Below the pieces are notes generated by a model that saw only the letters and a program-made list of their open reading frames with translations, had not been told where the DNA came from and did no database searches. From positions 1,504,001 to 1,568,000 of the forward strand of contig CAUVXB020000001.1 of NCBI GenBank assembly GCA_963555825.3: a DNA stretch of 64,000 nucleotides, read 5' to 3'. The translations under genes and the position numbers were made by a program. The DNA is from Alphaproteobacteria bacterium. GTDB lineage: Bacteria; Pseudomonadota; Alphaproteobacteria; JAAXGF01. Shown here piece after piece: positions 53,419-63,763 of the stretch (positions within the stretch are counted from its first letter, which is position 1; the number at the start of each line of letters is the position of its first letter).

Positions 53419-53955
53419 AGCCCGGCGTTCTCACCATGGACAGGCGCGTCATCGCGTCGGGCGGTCGCCGACCCGCCAGGAGAAGGCCGCCGAGCGTAGC
53501 CTGGGGTACGCGCAAGGCCTTCGACGCCGCGGGCGGCCCGCCCGGCGCGACCCGGAGGGCGGCGGATATCGGACGACAGGCCGCGTCAAAGCGCTTGCCC
53601 GATGCGCGAGTACTCACTTGCACGATTCCACGGTACGTAGGACGGCCTTGCGTGGTCGTCCGGCAAGGCGCCCGGCGCGCCGTGATGCTGGACGCATCAC
53701 AAGCGCCGGGCAACGCCGCCGGCGGCCGCGCAAGGCCGCCCTGCGGGTCGCGTTTCCCGTCCCCTCGGGGCGTCAGGAACGCTCGCTGATGCGAAAGCAT
53801 CGCCTTCGCGCCCCCGACTGCCGAGGAAACCGGAAACGCGATCCTACGTGCCGTGGAATCGTGCAAGGGAGTACTGGCATCGCGCTGCGCACTTTTCCTA
53901 GCCTGTCGTCCGATATCCGCCGTGCCGCACCTGTCCATGGTGAGAATTCCAGGCT
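53419..53955. mobile_element. Non-coding foldback MITE-like element, family A copy 2 (537 bp)
   Basis: TIRs AGCCCGGCGTTCTCACCATGGACAGG / CCTGTCCATGGTGAGAATTCCAGGCT; fills almost the whole ppx-rlmE gap. Confidence 0.8.
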
Positions 53956-55110
53956 CTAGTCCGCGCCCGGCACCGGATGCGACCCGATGGCGTCGTGGCC
54001 GCCGATGTGGCCGCCTTTGGCACGGCTATCGCGGTGGCCGTCCTCGCGCATCAGCTCGACCAGCATGCCCTCGCGCAGGCCACGGTCGGCGACGCGCAGA
54101 TGGCCGACCGGCCAGGCGCGCTCGATCGCCTCGAGGATGGCGCAGCCGGCGATCACCAGATCGGCGCGTTCCGGCCCGATCGACGGGATCTGCGCGCGGG
54201 CCGCCAAGTCGAGGTCCAGCAGATCCTCGGTGACCCGACGGATGTCGTCGAAGTCGAGCCGGATGCCGTCGATCAGGGCACGGTTGTACTTCGCCAGGTC
54301 CAAGAGGACGCCGGCGATCGTCGTCACCGTGCCCGAAGTGCCGATCAGTTGGACGTCGCCGGCGGCGACCTCGCCGGCCACGCCGTGGGCGGTGTTGAAG
54401 GGCGCCAGCAGCCGTCCCGCGTCATCGACCATGGCGGCATAGGCGTCCGCCGTGACGCGGTCGCCGCCATAGCGTTCCGAAAGCGAGACGACGCCGCAGG
54501 GCAACGAGGTCCAGCCGATGATTTCGTTCTCTATCACGCCATCGCAGCGCAGCCAGACCAGTTCCGTACTGCCGCCGCCGATGTCGAAGACCAGCACGCA
54601 ACGGGCATCGTCGTCGAGCAGCGGCACGCAGCCGGCAAGCGCCAGCGCCGCCTCCTCGCGCCGCGAGATGACCTCGAAGGTGATGCCGGTCTCGGCGGCC
54701 ACCCGGTCGAGAAATTGGTCGCAATTCTCGGCCTGCCGGCATGCCTCGGTGGCGATGTTGCGCGCCCGCGCGACACCCTTGCGGCGCATCTTGCGCGCGC
54801 AGATGTGCAGCGCCGAGATGGTGCGCGCCATCGCCGCCTCGGACAGCGCGCCGGCCTCGCCAAGTCCCTCGCCGAGACGCACGATGCGCGAGAAGGCATC
54901 GACGACGCGAAAGCCCGCCACGTCCGGCCGCGCGATCAGCATGCGGCAGTTGTTGGTCCCGAGATCGATCGCGGCATAGGTCGGCGTGCGCGCAGGCTTA
55001 CGCGCGCCCGATTGCGCCCGGACGGTCCGCGTTCCGGTTGGTGGCGCTTGGCCGCTCCCTGCCGTCATTCCATCAGCCCCGCCGTTGCTCGGCGCGTTTT
55101 TGTCGCGCAT
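53956..55110 (-). CDS. ppx: Ppx/GppA family phosphatase (start uncertain, 55110 or 55068)
   Basis: AAIDLGTNNCR, IVRLGEG, ATEACR, DIGGGSTE, GTSGTVTT, DRGLREG. Confidence 0.92.
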   Translation of the reverse strand: MRDKNAPSNGGADGMTAGSGQAPPTGTRTVRAQSGARKPARTPTYAAIDLGTNNCRMLIARPDVAGFRVVDAFSRIVRLGEGLGEAGALSEAAMARTISALHICARKMRRKGVARARNIATEACRQAENCDQFLDRVAAETGITFEVISRREEAALALAGCVPLLDDDARCVLVFDIGGGSTELVWLRCDGVIENEIIGWTSLPCGVVSLSERYGGDRVTADAYAAMVDDAGRLLAPFNTAHGVAGEVAAGDVQLIGTSGTVTTIAGVLLDLAKYNRALIDGIRLDFDDIRRVTEDLLDLDLAARAQIPSIGPERADLVIAGCAILEAIERAWPVGHLRVADRGLREGMLVELMREDGHRDSRAKGGHIGGHDAIGSHPVPGAD

Positions 55111-55168
55111 GATGCTCCCAACGCCTTGTATACCAGACTTGGCCCGAATCGCGAAAACCGCCCACTGC

Positions 55169-55197
55169 TTGACAGGCCGGCGCGCGCTTCTTAGTTT
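55169..55197 (+). promoter_or_regulatory. Sigma70-type promoter of tRNA-Gln
   Basis: TTGACA-17 nt-TAGTTT, ending 27 nt before the tRNA. Confidence 0.75.
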
Positions 55198-55224
55198 CCG
55201 GCCAGCCCGTTCGGGCGCCCCTGG

Positions 55225-55298
55225 TGGGGGATAGTTTAACGGTAGAACTTTCGGCTCTGACCCGAACAGTCCTGGTTCGAATCCAGGTCCCCCAACCA
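55225..55298 (+). tRNA. tRNA-Gln (anticodon CTG)
   Basis: Acceptor TGGGGGA/TCCCCCA, anticodon arm TTCGG-CTCTGAC-CCGAA, T-arm CCTGG-TTCGAAT-CCAGG, encoded CCA. Confidence 0.96.
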
Positions 55299-55845
55299 AA
55301 CTTCTATTTCAAGGACAGTGCGCTAGGTGGGCGGGTGGCGGCGTAGCCTCGCCTCCCGCTTAAAGAGCGACAAGGCGTTACGCGGACCGATCGAGACCAC
55401 TTGGGTGGTTAGCTCGGTTGATCACCGAAATACAGGACATTGTAGTTCGATCCGCAGGCAATAACCGTGGCGACGCCTTGGTGAGCCATGTCGGCGCGGT
55501 ATTCCACGTCGAGGGTCATCACATGTCCGGAGATGTCGACGACATTCACGTCGTCGATCGCCTGAAGCGTGATCGCTATGCCATCGTGCGCCTGGCTGCG
55601 CCGTATCGGGTACATCTTATCCGACATTCCCCAGATGACATCCAAATTCGCGGAACTCGTACCACGGCCCCATCTCCAAGGGAACTCTGTTCCCATTGCA
55701 GCCATCCGATGACATGATTTTGGTAATCGGCCAGCGCGTGGAAGGCCATTTGGTCGTTTCTCTTGCCATCCAGACACACCTCTCGTGTCGCAATCTCCTT
55801 GCCGTCGATTCCCTCGGCCTACGCCGGAGCGGGTCTTCGTCGTAG

Positions 55846-57182
55846 TGAGGTGGTCCCACTTTGTTGGACAGTTTGGCAGCGCGGTTAAGGTGTATTCCGT
55901 TGTTTGATCATGCTGCCAAAATCCTTTTTATCACATCCTGTTGCTGTTGTTGAGCCTGTGGGGATGTGGGCAAGGTGCGAGCCTTGTCCATCATATCCAC
56001 AGGTTGACCGGCCCCGTAGGCCTCGGCCGGCGTTTGACCGTCGAGGGACGAATGGGGCCGCTCGGTGTTGTAGAAGCCGATCCACTCGCCGATGACCCGT
56101 TCGGCGTGGAAGCCGTCGGTGAGCTCGTGTAGGTAGACCGCCTCATACTTGAGAGACCGCCACAGGCGCTCGATGAAGATGTTGTCCATGCAGCGGCCCC
56201 GACCGTCCATGGAGATGCGGATGCTCGCGTTCTTGAGCACGCCGGTGAAGTCGAGGCTGGTGAACTGGCTGCCCTGATCCGTATTGAATATCTCCGGCTG
56301 GCCGTAGCGGGCCAGCGCGTCGCCCAAGGCCTCGGCGCAGAATCCAGCGTCCATGGTGTTCGACAGCCGCCAGGATAAAACGTGGCGCGTCGCCCAGTCC
56401 ATGATCGCTACCAGGTACAGAAAGCCACGCTGGACGGGGATATAGGTGATGTCGGCGCACCAGACCCGATTGGGCTGGTCGATAGCCATCCCTTTGAGAA
56501 GATAAGGATAAATCCGGTGCATGGGATGCGGCACGCTGGTTCTCGGCGCCTGATAGATCGCCTCCAGGCCTATCAATCGCATCAACCTGCGAACCCGGTG
56601 ACGGCCGACGCAAACGCCGTCCCGCCGCAACTGGCGGACCATCTGGCGGCTGCCGTAGAACGGGTACTTCATGAACAACTCGTCGATCCGACGCATCAGC
56701 GCCAGACTCGAAGGGCTCTCCCCCCTGGGCGCATAATAGAACGAGGACCGGCCGATCGAAAGCAGGCGGCATTGACGGCTCAAGCTCAGCTCGGGGGCGT
56801 CGCGTGTGATCATCGCCTTGCGCTCCCCCCGGCTCATCGCTTGAGCCCTCTGGCTAAAAAATCCCGTTCCACCGTCAGCTCGCCGATCTTGGCGTGAAGG
56901 TCGCGGACCTCGGATTCATGATCCCGGCAAGCGCGGTTGGCGCCGTTCGAAAACACTTCGCCCAGACCGTCCACCGCCTGGCGCTTCCAGGCGCTCACCT
57001 GGTTCGGATGCACCTTGTGCTTGGCCGCGATCTGCTGGATCGTCTTGCCGCCCCGCAGCGCTTCCAGCGCCACCCGGGCCTTGAATTCCGCCGTAAACCG
57101 GCGTCGATTCGTCATCTCGTATTCCTCCGTTATCCGGTGGAATACACCTTAGCTCCCTATCCGATTTTCTGGGACCACCTCA
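55846..57182 (-). mobile_element. IS3-family insertion sequence, complete
   Basis: TIRs TGAGGTGGTCCCA at both ends; 3-bp duplication TAG at 55843-55845 and 57183-57185. Confidence 0.95.
55908..57115 (-). CDS. IS3 transposase OrfA (56834..57115) / OrfB (55908..56837), -1 programmed frameshift
   Basis: OrfA HTH FKARVALEA; OrfB WCADITY, NTDQGSQF, DNIFIERLW; slippery T-TTT-TTA at ERDFL. Confidence 0.92.
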
Positions 57183-58517
57183 TAGATCATCAATCAGGCT
57201 CAAGATTTTCTGGGACAAGCTTCTTGGGACTGCAACCTCGGCCAATTGAAATGTGACGTACCGGCCATGGCTGACAACTTTCGCACCGATCTTGACCAGC
57301 TTCTCCCTCAGCGTCGTCAGCGACCATTGCTCCACGGCATCGGGCAACGCCAGGGTACGCATGAAGTTGCCGAGGTTATAGGCGAGTGCATGCAGCTGGA
57401 GCCGGACGGCATTGTTGCGTAACGAACGGCATGACAGCCGCGTCCACTTGATGGCGTTCTTGCCTTCCTTGATCCATTGCTCGGCAGTGCCGCGCTGATT
57501 GTAGAACGCAACAACCCGCTCGGCAGGACGGCTCAGGTTGGTGACGATGAAGCCGACGCGGGGATACAGTTCCCCTGAGTGCCACTCCACCTTGGCGACG
57601 ACCCGGCGGGGCTTCGTCCAGCTACCGGCCCGATAGCTGAAGTTCGCGTAATACCGACGAACTTCCTTCGGCGGCCGACCGACGGGGCGCTTGAGCAGGT
57701 GCGCGATGCTGTCGTGCAGCACCTTGTTGGCCGGAAGCCGGATGGCGTACTTGAAGCCTTCCGCTTCCAGAAACTCATAAACCTCGGGCGAGGCGAAGGC
57801 GGCGTCACCACGGAAATAACGCCGGAGTGTCTTGTTCCGGTATCGAGCGACCACCGGGTCCAACACATCGCGCCATTCATGGGCGCTGTGCACGTTGCCC
57901 GGACGCAGGGCGCAACGCTCCAGATCGCCGAACTGGTTGAACACGAACAGCGGGTGATAGCACGTGCAGCCGAAGTGACCGTTGTAGGCCGTGCCCTCCT
58001 GGTCACCGTAGGTCGGGCTGACGGAGCTGTCCATGTCGAGCACGATAATCTTCGGCGGCTTGCGCTCGTTAACCTGGTCGATCCAGATGCCCAAAAGGTC
58101 AGCGAGCGCGGCGAGGTTGTCATTGGTGGCGAGTAACTCCGTCTCGAACCGGCCCATCTGGCTGGTCGATGCGCCGCCGCGCTCGACAGCCCTGCCGCCG
58201 ACGATCCACCGCATCGCAGGATCGCGCCCCAGCCGGTCGGCGTCGTTCACGTCCTCGTACCCGGCGAGACGACCATAGACGGATTGGCGAAGGAGACCGA
58301 TGATGCCGTGCCAACCGTTCTTGCCGGTCCGGCTGTCAGCAATAACGTCACCGGCCAGCGTGGTCAGGCCGAGGGCTTCGTCCAGTTCACGATAGGCGAG
58401 CAGACCAGCGTCTGACGTGATCCGCGAACCGTGGAACTCGAACTTCAGTCTTCGGTCGAAAAACGCCCGCAGAAGCCCCCGATCCGACTCACCCTCCAGG
58501 TTCCGCATTCGACCCAC
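57180..58517 (-). CDS. IS1380 transposase lacking only its last 7 aa
   Basis: TSDAGLL, GYEDVND, LDMDSS, RGDAAF, YNQRGTAEQWIKEGK; the native tail RRRPAPA* lies at 55819-55842 beyond the IS3. Confidence 0.92.
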   Translation of the reverse strand: MGRMRNLEGESDRGLLRAFFDRRLKFEFHGSRITSDAGLLAYRELDEALGLTTLAGDVIADSRTGKNGWHGIIGLLRQSVYGRLAGYEDVNDADRLGRDPAMRWIVGGRAVERGGASTSQMGRFETELLATNDNLAALADLLGIWIDQVNERKPPKIIVLDMDSSVSPTYGDQEGTAYNGHFGCTCYHPLFVFNQFGDLERCALRPGNVHSAHEWRDVLDPVVARYRNKTLRRYFRGDAAFASPEVYEFLEAEGFKYAIRLPANKVLHDSIAHLLKRPVGRPPKEVRRYYANFSYRAGSWTKPRRVVAKVEWHSGELYPRVGFIVTNLSRPAERVVAFYNQRGTAEQWIKEGKNAIKWTRLSCRSLRNNAVRLQLHALAYNLGNFMRTLALPDAVEQWSLTTLREKLVKIGAKVVSHGRYVTFQLAEVAVPRSLSQKILSLIDDL

Positions 58518-59218
58518 CCTCCGTCTGATCTAATCCACTGATTCTTATACAGGAATCAGACGGAAACCGCATCAGATGGATCGGTCACTTGGGGAATGCG
58601 GGCTTATAGTAAGCGGCCAGCGCTTCCTTCATCGCGGGCCGCGCCGCGTCGTCCGGGACCACCGGCTTGCACTGGGCATCGCGCACCATGAATGGCTGCG
58701 CGCCGCGGAACGTCAAGTCACATTCCTTCGTGACGGCGGCCCGCTCGATGGCCTCCGCCTGGCCCTTTATACGCGCATACTCGGCTGCTTTAGGTCCATC
58801 GCCGGCCTCGATAAAGAGTAGGGTCGGCCAGAGCCAGACAAGACCAACACCCATTTGCACCACATCGACGTTAGCCTTCAAATTCAAAAGATCGAATAGC
58901 TCGCCCGTCCTGGCGGAAACACGCCGCGCCTCCATGGCGAGTCGGTCGCAGCTGTGATTTTTGTAAGCCGCCTCCGAAACATACTGCGATGGAATCGTTT
59001 CGGGTTGCGACGCGCAAGCCGCGGAAATAATCAACGATCCGAATGCCACGTATCTCAGCATGGCGCTCATCGATTTTCTCCTCGCCAAGACTTTTCAATT
59101 CCGGCGCGTACTATAGCGGTGGCCTCGAAGCCGAACAACCAGGGCCACTCGAACCATGCCCGCTGGCGCAGTAGGCATGTGCTTTCGTCGCGCGGGGATC
59201 GATCGGAGGGCGGAATTC

Positions 59219-59320
59219 ATGACGGTCGCGATACTCAATCCGGGCGCGATGGGAGTGACGGTCGGCGCGGTGGCGGCCGGTGGCGCTTGCGTGCTCTGGG
59301 CGTCGGAGGGGCGCTGCCCA
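59219..59320 (+). pseudogene. 5' fragment of an NAD(P)-dependent oxidoreductase (6PGDH/DUF1932-like)
   Basis: GGAGG RBS, MTVAILNPGAMGVTVG..VLWASEGR, after which similarity is lost. Confidence 0.55.
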
Positions 59321-59411
59321 CTCGCCCGGCGGGCGTGTGCTATATTCGTGCCTACCCTGGCCGCCGCCGGCCGGCCGTGGCTCGCCGATCGGAACCATGG
59401 GAGGCGCGATC

Positions 59412-59825
59412 ATGAAGCGGCTCGTATTCGTTTCACTATTGATTTTGCCCTTGGCGATCACCGCACAGGCGCAGGATGACGTGAGCGTCGAGAGCCTGCC
59501 TCCGGTTGTCGTCGAGACGGTTCCGAGGGCCGGCGACACCGATGTCGATCCGTCGATCGGCGAGGTCCGCGTCACCTTCAGCAAGGACATGATGACCGAG
59601 GACATGTGGTCGTGGGTGATCCACACCAAGGAGTCGTTTCCGAAGATCGCCGGTGACGTGAGATACCTCGCCGATGGCAGAACCTGTGTCTTGCCGGTCA
59701 GCCTCGAGCCGGGCACGACCTACGCCATCTGGTTCAATTCGCCGAACTACAAGCACAACGCCTTCAGGGACCTGGGCAATAACCCGGCCGTGCCCTATCT
59801 GCTGGTGTTCCACACCGGCAACTAG
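59412..59825 (+). CDS. Secreted Ig-like (Big_5-type) domain protein
   Basis: Signal peptide, PVVVETVP.AGDTDVDP, VTFSKDM, LEPGTTY. Confidence 0.8.
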   Translation: MKRLVFVSLLILPLAITAQAQDDVSVESLPPVVVETVPRAGDTDVDPSIGEVRVTFSKDMMTEDMWSWVIHTKESFPKIAGDVRYLADGRTCVLPVSLEPGTTYAIWFNSPNYKHNAFRDLGNNPAVPYLLVFHTGN

Positions 59826-59896
59826 GCCGGCCTCCTCCCAATGGACAGGCGCGGCACGGCGCCTCTGTCGCGGCGCCGGCGCTCCTCTCGTAAGGC

Positions 59897-60940
59897 TCAA
59901 CGCCCCTCGACCACCGTCTTGACTGCGGCGGCCGCTTCGGCGACCTGCTCTGTCGTGACGTCGAGGTGGGTGACGGCGCGGATCAGGCCCGCGCCCATCG
60001 CGCCGACGCGCACCCCGTGGTCGGCGAGGCGTTCGGCGACCTGTGAAGCGGTCAGGCCGGTGCCGGCGACGTCGAAGAAGACGATGTTGGTCTCGACCGT
60101 CTCGGGGTCAATCGCGATGCCCGGCAGCTCCGCCAGGCGATCGGCGAGCAGGCGCGCGTTGGCGTGGTCCTCGGCCAGGCGCGCGACGTTGTTCTCCAAC
60201 GCGTAGACGCCGGCCGCCGCGACGATGCCGGCTTGGCGCATGGCGCCGCCGATGCGCTGTTTCCAGCGCCACGCCTGGGCGATGAAGTCGGTCGAACCGG
60301 CCAGCACGCCGCCGATCGGACAGCCCAAGCCCTTGGAGAGATCGATCCAGACCGAATCGAACGGCGCCGCGTAGTCGTGCGCCGCGACGCCCGAGGCGAC
60401 CACCGCGTTCATCAGCCGCGCGCCGTCCATGTGCATGACCAGCTCGTGGCGCGCCGCGACGCCGGCGACCGCCTGAATCGCTTCGAGCGGCCAGACCGTG
60501 CCGCCGCCGAAATTCGAGGTTTGCTCGACCTCGATCATGCGTGTCTCGGGCGTGTAGCGGCCATGGTCGCGGATCGCCGCCTCGGCCTGTTCGGCCGAGT
60601 AGATGCCGCGCGCGCCGTCGAGCGGGCGCAGCATGACGCCGGCCAGCGCGGCCGGCGCGCCGGCCTCGGAGTTGATGATATGCGCGGTCGCGTCGGCGAT
60701 GATCTCGTCGCCCTGGCGACAGTGCACCAGGATGGCGATCTCGTTGCACATCGAGCCCGACGGCAGGAACACGGCGGCTTCCTTGCCGGTCAGTTCGCAG
60801 ACCATCTCGCACAGCCGGTTGACCGACGGGTCCTCGCCGCGCTGTTCGTCGCCGACCGGCGCCTCGGCGATCGCGCGGCGCATCGCCGGCGTCGGGCGGG
60901 TCTGAGTGTCGCTGTAGAGGTCGATCCGGTTGGCGGTCAT
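59897..60940 (-). CDS. ltaE: Low-specificity threonine aldolase family protein
   Basis: DLYSDTQTRPT, HMDGARL, DLSKGLGCPIG, GGAMRQAG. Confidence 0.88.
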   Translation of the reverse strand: MTANRIDLYSDTQTRPTPAMRRAIAEAPVGDEQRGEDPSVNRLCEMVCELTGKEAAVFLPSGSMCNEIAILVHCRQGDEIIADATAHIINSEAGAPAALAGVMLRPLDGARGIYSAEQAEAAIRDHGRYTPETRMIEVEQTSNFGGGTVWPLEAIQAVAGVAARHELVMHMDGARLMNAVVASGVAAHDYAAPFDSVWIDLSKGLGCPIGGVLAGSTDFIAQAWRWKQRIGGAMRQAGIVAAAGVYALENNVARLAEDHANARLLADRLAELPGIAIDPETVETNIVFFDVAGTGLTASQVAERLADHGVRVGAMGAGLIRAVTHLDVTTEQVAEAAAAVKTVVEGR

Positions 60941-61043
60941 TCAATTCATCCCTTGGTTGGCTCATGTGCGGCGCGCGTGGCAGAGTAAGGCGCGAGGCCA
61001 GGGAATCAACCCCCGTGCCCACGGCACCGCCAGGAGGACACCG

Positions 61044-62108
61044 ATGAGCGCCACGACATACCCGAACTGGGACGAGTTCATGCGCACCAGCTTCGCCGCG
61101 GGAAGAAAGTTCCCCCTGATCGCGCCCGAGACGCCGAGCTTCATGTGCTTGCCGCACGCGACAACGGCGGCCGAGCTCGCCGGCTGCGACGCGGTGATCA
61201 TCGGCGCGCCCTATGTCGCCACCACCAGCGACGTCTACGCCGGCGTCTCCAAGCACGAATGGGTCGCCGGGCCGCAACGCGTACGTCAGCAGTCGGCGCG
61301 CTACCGTTCGGGCTATATCCAGGACTTCGACCTCGACGTCTTCGAGCACGTGAAGGTCGTCGACTACGGCGACGCGGTGCTGCCCGACGGCATCAACGAC
61401 GTCCAGTCGCCCGAGATGATCCTCGAGGCGCAAGCGGCGGTCGAGGCGATGTGCGGCGACGCCATCGAGGCCGGCGCCGTGCCCATCGTGATCGGCCAGA
61501 ACTCGCCGCTCGGCTCGTTCGCCATCGCCAAATCGGTTGCCGAGCACACCGACGGCATGGTCGGCTGCATCAGCCTGGACACCCACTGGGACGCCGGGCA
61601 TCTCGATCGGATGACCGGCGATCCGCGCATCGCCGGCAGCGCGAGCTGGAAGCACAAGATGTACGAGTTCCTCGACAATATGCACGAGCGCCACCTGGTC
61701 GAGATCGGCGAGCGCGGCATGCTCGAAAACAAGGACATCGTGCGCCACTACCTGAAGCAAGGCGCGCGCTTCATCTCGTCGTGGGAGGTCCGCTCGGGGC
61801 TCGGCATCGAGGGCGTCGTCAAGGCGCTCGACGGCGCCTACGACGGCACCGATGGCGTCTACGTCCACTTCGACATGGACGTGCTGGGCGGCGCCGGCCC
61901 GGCGCCCGGCGATATTCTCGGCGAGCTCGCCGAGCCGATCGGCCTGACCGACTACGAAGTCAGCCGCATCGCCCACGAGATCGGCCGGCGCGGCCTCTCG
62001 GGCATGTCGTTCATCTGCATCCCGCCGGGCTCGGCGGTCGTCTATCGCACGATCGTTTACGTCATCATGTACCTGCTGGCCGGTCTCGCCATGCGGAAGG
62101 CGGCCTGA
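61044..62108 (+). CDS. Arginase/agmatinase (ureohydrolase) family protein with atypical active site
   Basis: GAPY, GPQRVR, VVDYGD, DTHWD, IGERG, YVHFDMDVL; AGGAGG RBS. Confidence 0.85.
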   Translation: MSATTYPNWDEFMRTSFAAGRKFPLIAPETPSFMCLPHATTAAELAGCDAVIIGAPYVATTSDVYAGVSKHEWVAGPQRVRQQSARYRSGYIQDFDLDVFEHVKVVDYGDAVLPDGINDVQSPEMILEAQAAVEAMCGDAIEAGAVPIVIGQNSPLGSFAIAKSVAEHTDGMVGCISLDTHWDAGHLDRMTGDPRIAGSASWKHKMYEFLDNMHERHLVEIGERGMLENKDIVRHYLKQGARFISSWEVRSGLGIEGVVKALDGAYDGTDGVYVHFDMDVLGGAGPAPGDILGELAEPIGLTDYEVSRIAHEIGRRGLSGMSFICIPPGSAVVYRTIVYVIMYLLAGLAMRKAA

Positions 62109-62109
62109 C

Positions 62110-63288
62110 ATGGGCCACGATGGCGTCATGCGTGGCTTCCCGCCGCCGCCCGAGCATCAGGTGACGCTGGCCAACTGGCGCGAGGCTGGTTTCAATCGCT
62201 GGGCGTTCCATCATGTGCGCGAGGTCCTGCCGACCGCGAATGTCAGCCGCGGAGACGGCGCGCTATGCGAACTGGCGCGCCGGCCGGTCGACTGCGACGC
62301 CGTCGCCTTCGAGGATTCGCGGGGCGGCGAGACGACGATCGGCCGCTTCCTCGCCGACAGCGCGACCGACGGCGCTATCGTGTTGCACGAGGGCCGCGTG
62401 ATCTTCGAGCGCTACGACAACGGCATGACGCCCGAGACGCCGCACATCCTGTTCTCGGTCACCAAGTCGGTCGCCGCGACGCTGACCGGCATCCTCGCCG
62501 ACAAGGGCGCCGTCGACCCCAACGCACCGGTCACCGATTACGTCCCCGAGATCGAGGGTTCGGCTTACGGTGACGCCACCCTGCGCCACCTGCTCGACAT
62601 GACGGTCGGCATCCAGTTTGTCGAGGATTACGAAGACCTGACGGGCGACACCGCGCGATACCGCTTGGCGGCCGGATGGGTGCCCGGCCCAGGCGTGTCC
62701 GAAGGCCTGCGCAAATTCCTGCCGACGCTGCCGAAGGCCGGCGAGCACGGCGACGCCTTCCACTACGTCTCGCCCAACACCGACTTGCTCGGCTGGGTGC
62801 TCGAGCGCGCCACGAACACGCCCTTCGCCGAGCTGTTGAGCCGCGAGATCTGGCGGCCGATGGGCGCCGAACGCGACGCCTATATTGCGCTCGACCCGTT
62901 CGGCGCGCCGCGCGCGGCGGGCGGGTTGTGCGTGACGCTGCGCGACCTCGCGCGCTTCGGCCAGATGCACCTCGAGCACGGCCTCGCGGGCGGCCACCAG
63001 ATCGTGCCCGCCTGGTGGCTCGCCGACCTGCGCGACAACGGCGATCCGGCGGCCTGGGCCAAGGGCGGCTACGAATCGATGGCCGACTGGCGCTATCGCA
63101 GCAAATGGTACGTCGCGCCGGGCGGCGCCTATTGCGGCCTCGGCATACACGGCCAGACGGTGTTCGTCGACCCGGCCACCAACCTGGTCGCCGCCAAGTT
63201 CTCGTCGCAGCCCTCGGCCCTCGACGAGGCGCTCGACGCGACCGCCTTCCGAGCCTGGACGGCGATCGGCGAGACGCTGAACGGGTAA
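62110..63288 (+). CDS. Serine hydrolase, 6-aminohexanoate-dimer hydrolase (NylB)-like
   Basis: VTLANWR..FNRWAFHHVRE, FSVTKS (SxxK), YVSPNTD, GIHGQ. Confidence 0.88.
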   Translation: MGHDGVMRGFPPPPEHQVTLANWREAGFNRWAFHHVREVLPTANVSRGDGALCELARRPVDCDAVAFEDSRGGETTIGRFLADSATDGAIVLHEGRVIFERYDNGMTPETPHILFSVTKSVAATLTGILADKGAVDPNAPVTDYVPEIEGSAYGDATLRHLLDMTVGIQFVEDYEDLTGDTARYRLAAGWVPGPGVSEGLRKFLPTLPKAGEHGDAFHYVSPNTDLLGWVLERATNTPFAELLSREIWRPMGAERDAYIALDPFGAPRAAGGLCVTLRDLARFGQMHLEHGLAGGHQIVPAWWLADLRDNGDPAAWAKGGYESMADWRYRSKWYVAPGGAYCGLGIHGQTVFVDPATNLVAAKFSSQPSALDEALDATAFRAWTAIGETLNG

Positions 63289-63382
63289 AAGCGGTCGCGG
63301 TACGGATTGTCCGGCTCGCGTCGTCGGTCACTGGCGAAGGTTTGAATCAACAGGAGGATGTTACTGACCGCGAAGCTATGCT

Positions 63383-63407
63383 ATATAACCTAATAATTAG
63401 GCTATAT
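63383..63407. promoter_or_regulatory. AT-rich inverted repeat, probable operator/promoter
   Basis: ATATAACCTAAT-A-ATTAGGCTATAT (11/12 match), 26 nt before the wHTH gene. Confidence 0.6.
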
Positions 63408-63433
63408 GATTGAATATTGAGGTTTGATATCGC

Positions 63434-63763
63434 ATGCTCGATGCGCTCTTCAGTAGCAAATCGGCGAAGGCGGTCCTGCTGTTCCTACAGACCTATGGTG
63501 AAGGCTACGGTCGTGAAATGGCCCAGACTTTCGGGATTCGCCCCGTTCAGGTCCAGAATCAGCTCAAGAAGTTCGAGGCCGGCGGCTGGTTGGTAAGCCG
63601 GTCGGTGGGCCGCACGCGGCTGTATTCGTGGAACCCGCGAAACCCACTGGTCGGGCCATTACGCCAATTCCTGCAGGCCGCGATCGACACGCTACCGGAC
63701 GACGAGGTCCGCGCCTACTACAGGCAACGGCGCCGTCCCCGGCGAGCCGGAAAACCCTTGTGA
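63434..63763 (+). CDS. Winged-helix DNA-binding protein
   Basis: LFSSKS..VLLFL..GEGY, VQNQLKKFE.GG.LVSR.VGRTRLY.WNPR. Confidence 0.8.
   Translation: MLDALFSSKSAKAVLLFLQTYGEGYGREMAQTFGIRPVQVQNQLKKFEAGGWLVSRSVGRTRLYSWNPRNPLVGPLRQFLQAAIDTLPDDEVRAYYRQRRRPRRAGKPL

Larger units (their letters stand above)
55621..58602 (-). mobile_element. IS1380-family element containing an IS3
   Basis: TIRs CCGACATTCCCC / CCCGCATTCCCC; 5-bp duplication CTTAT at 55616-55620 and 58603-58607. Confidence 0.92.
55409..59070 (-). pseudogene. Lipoprotein of unknown function, split by IS1380
   Basis: GAGGAG RBS, lipobox SAAC; removing the IS restores ...ALAAYYK-MYPIRRSQ...YFGDQPS*. Confidence 0.85.

Noticed and set aside
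53405-53938. ORFs within family A elements (also 10904..11359, 10989..11723)
   Set aside because: Arg/Pro/Ala-rich with no motifs; frames and ends differ between copies; open frames are expected in GC-rich palindromic DNA.
55225-59400. Integrative island or prophage at tRNA-Gln
   Set aside because: No integrase and no repeat of the tRNA 3' end seen in the window.
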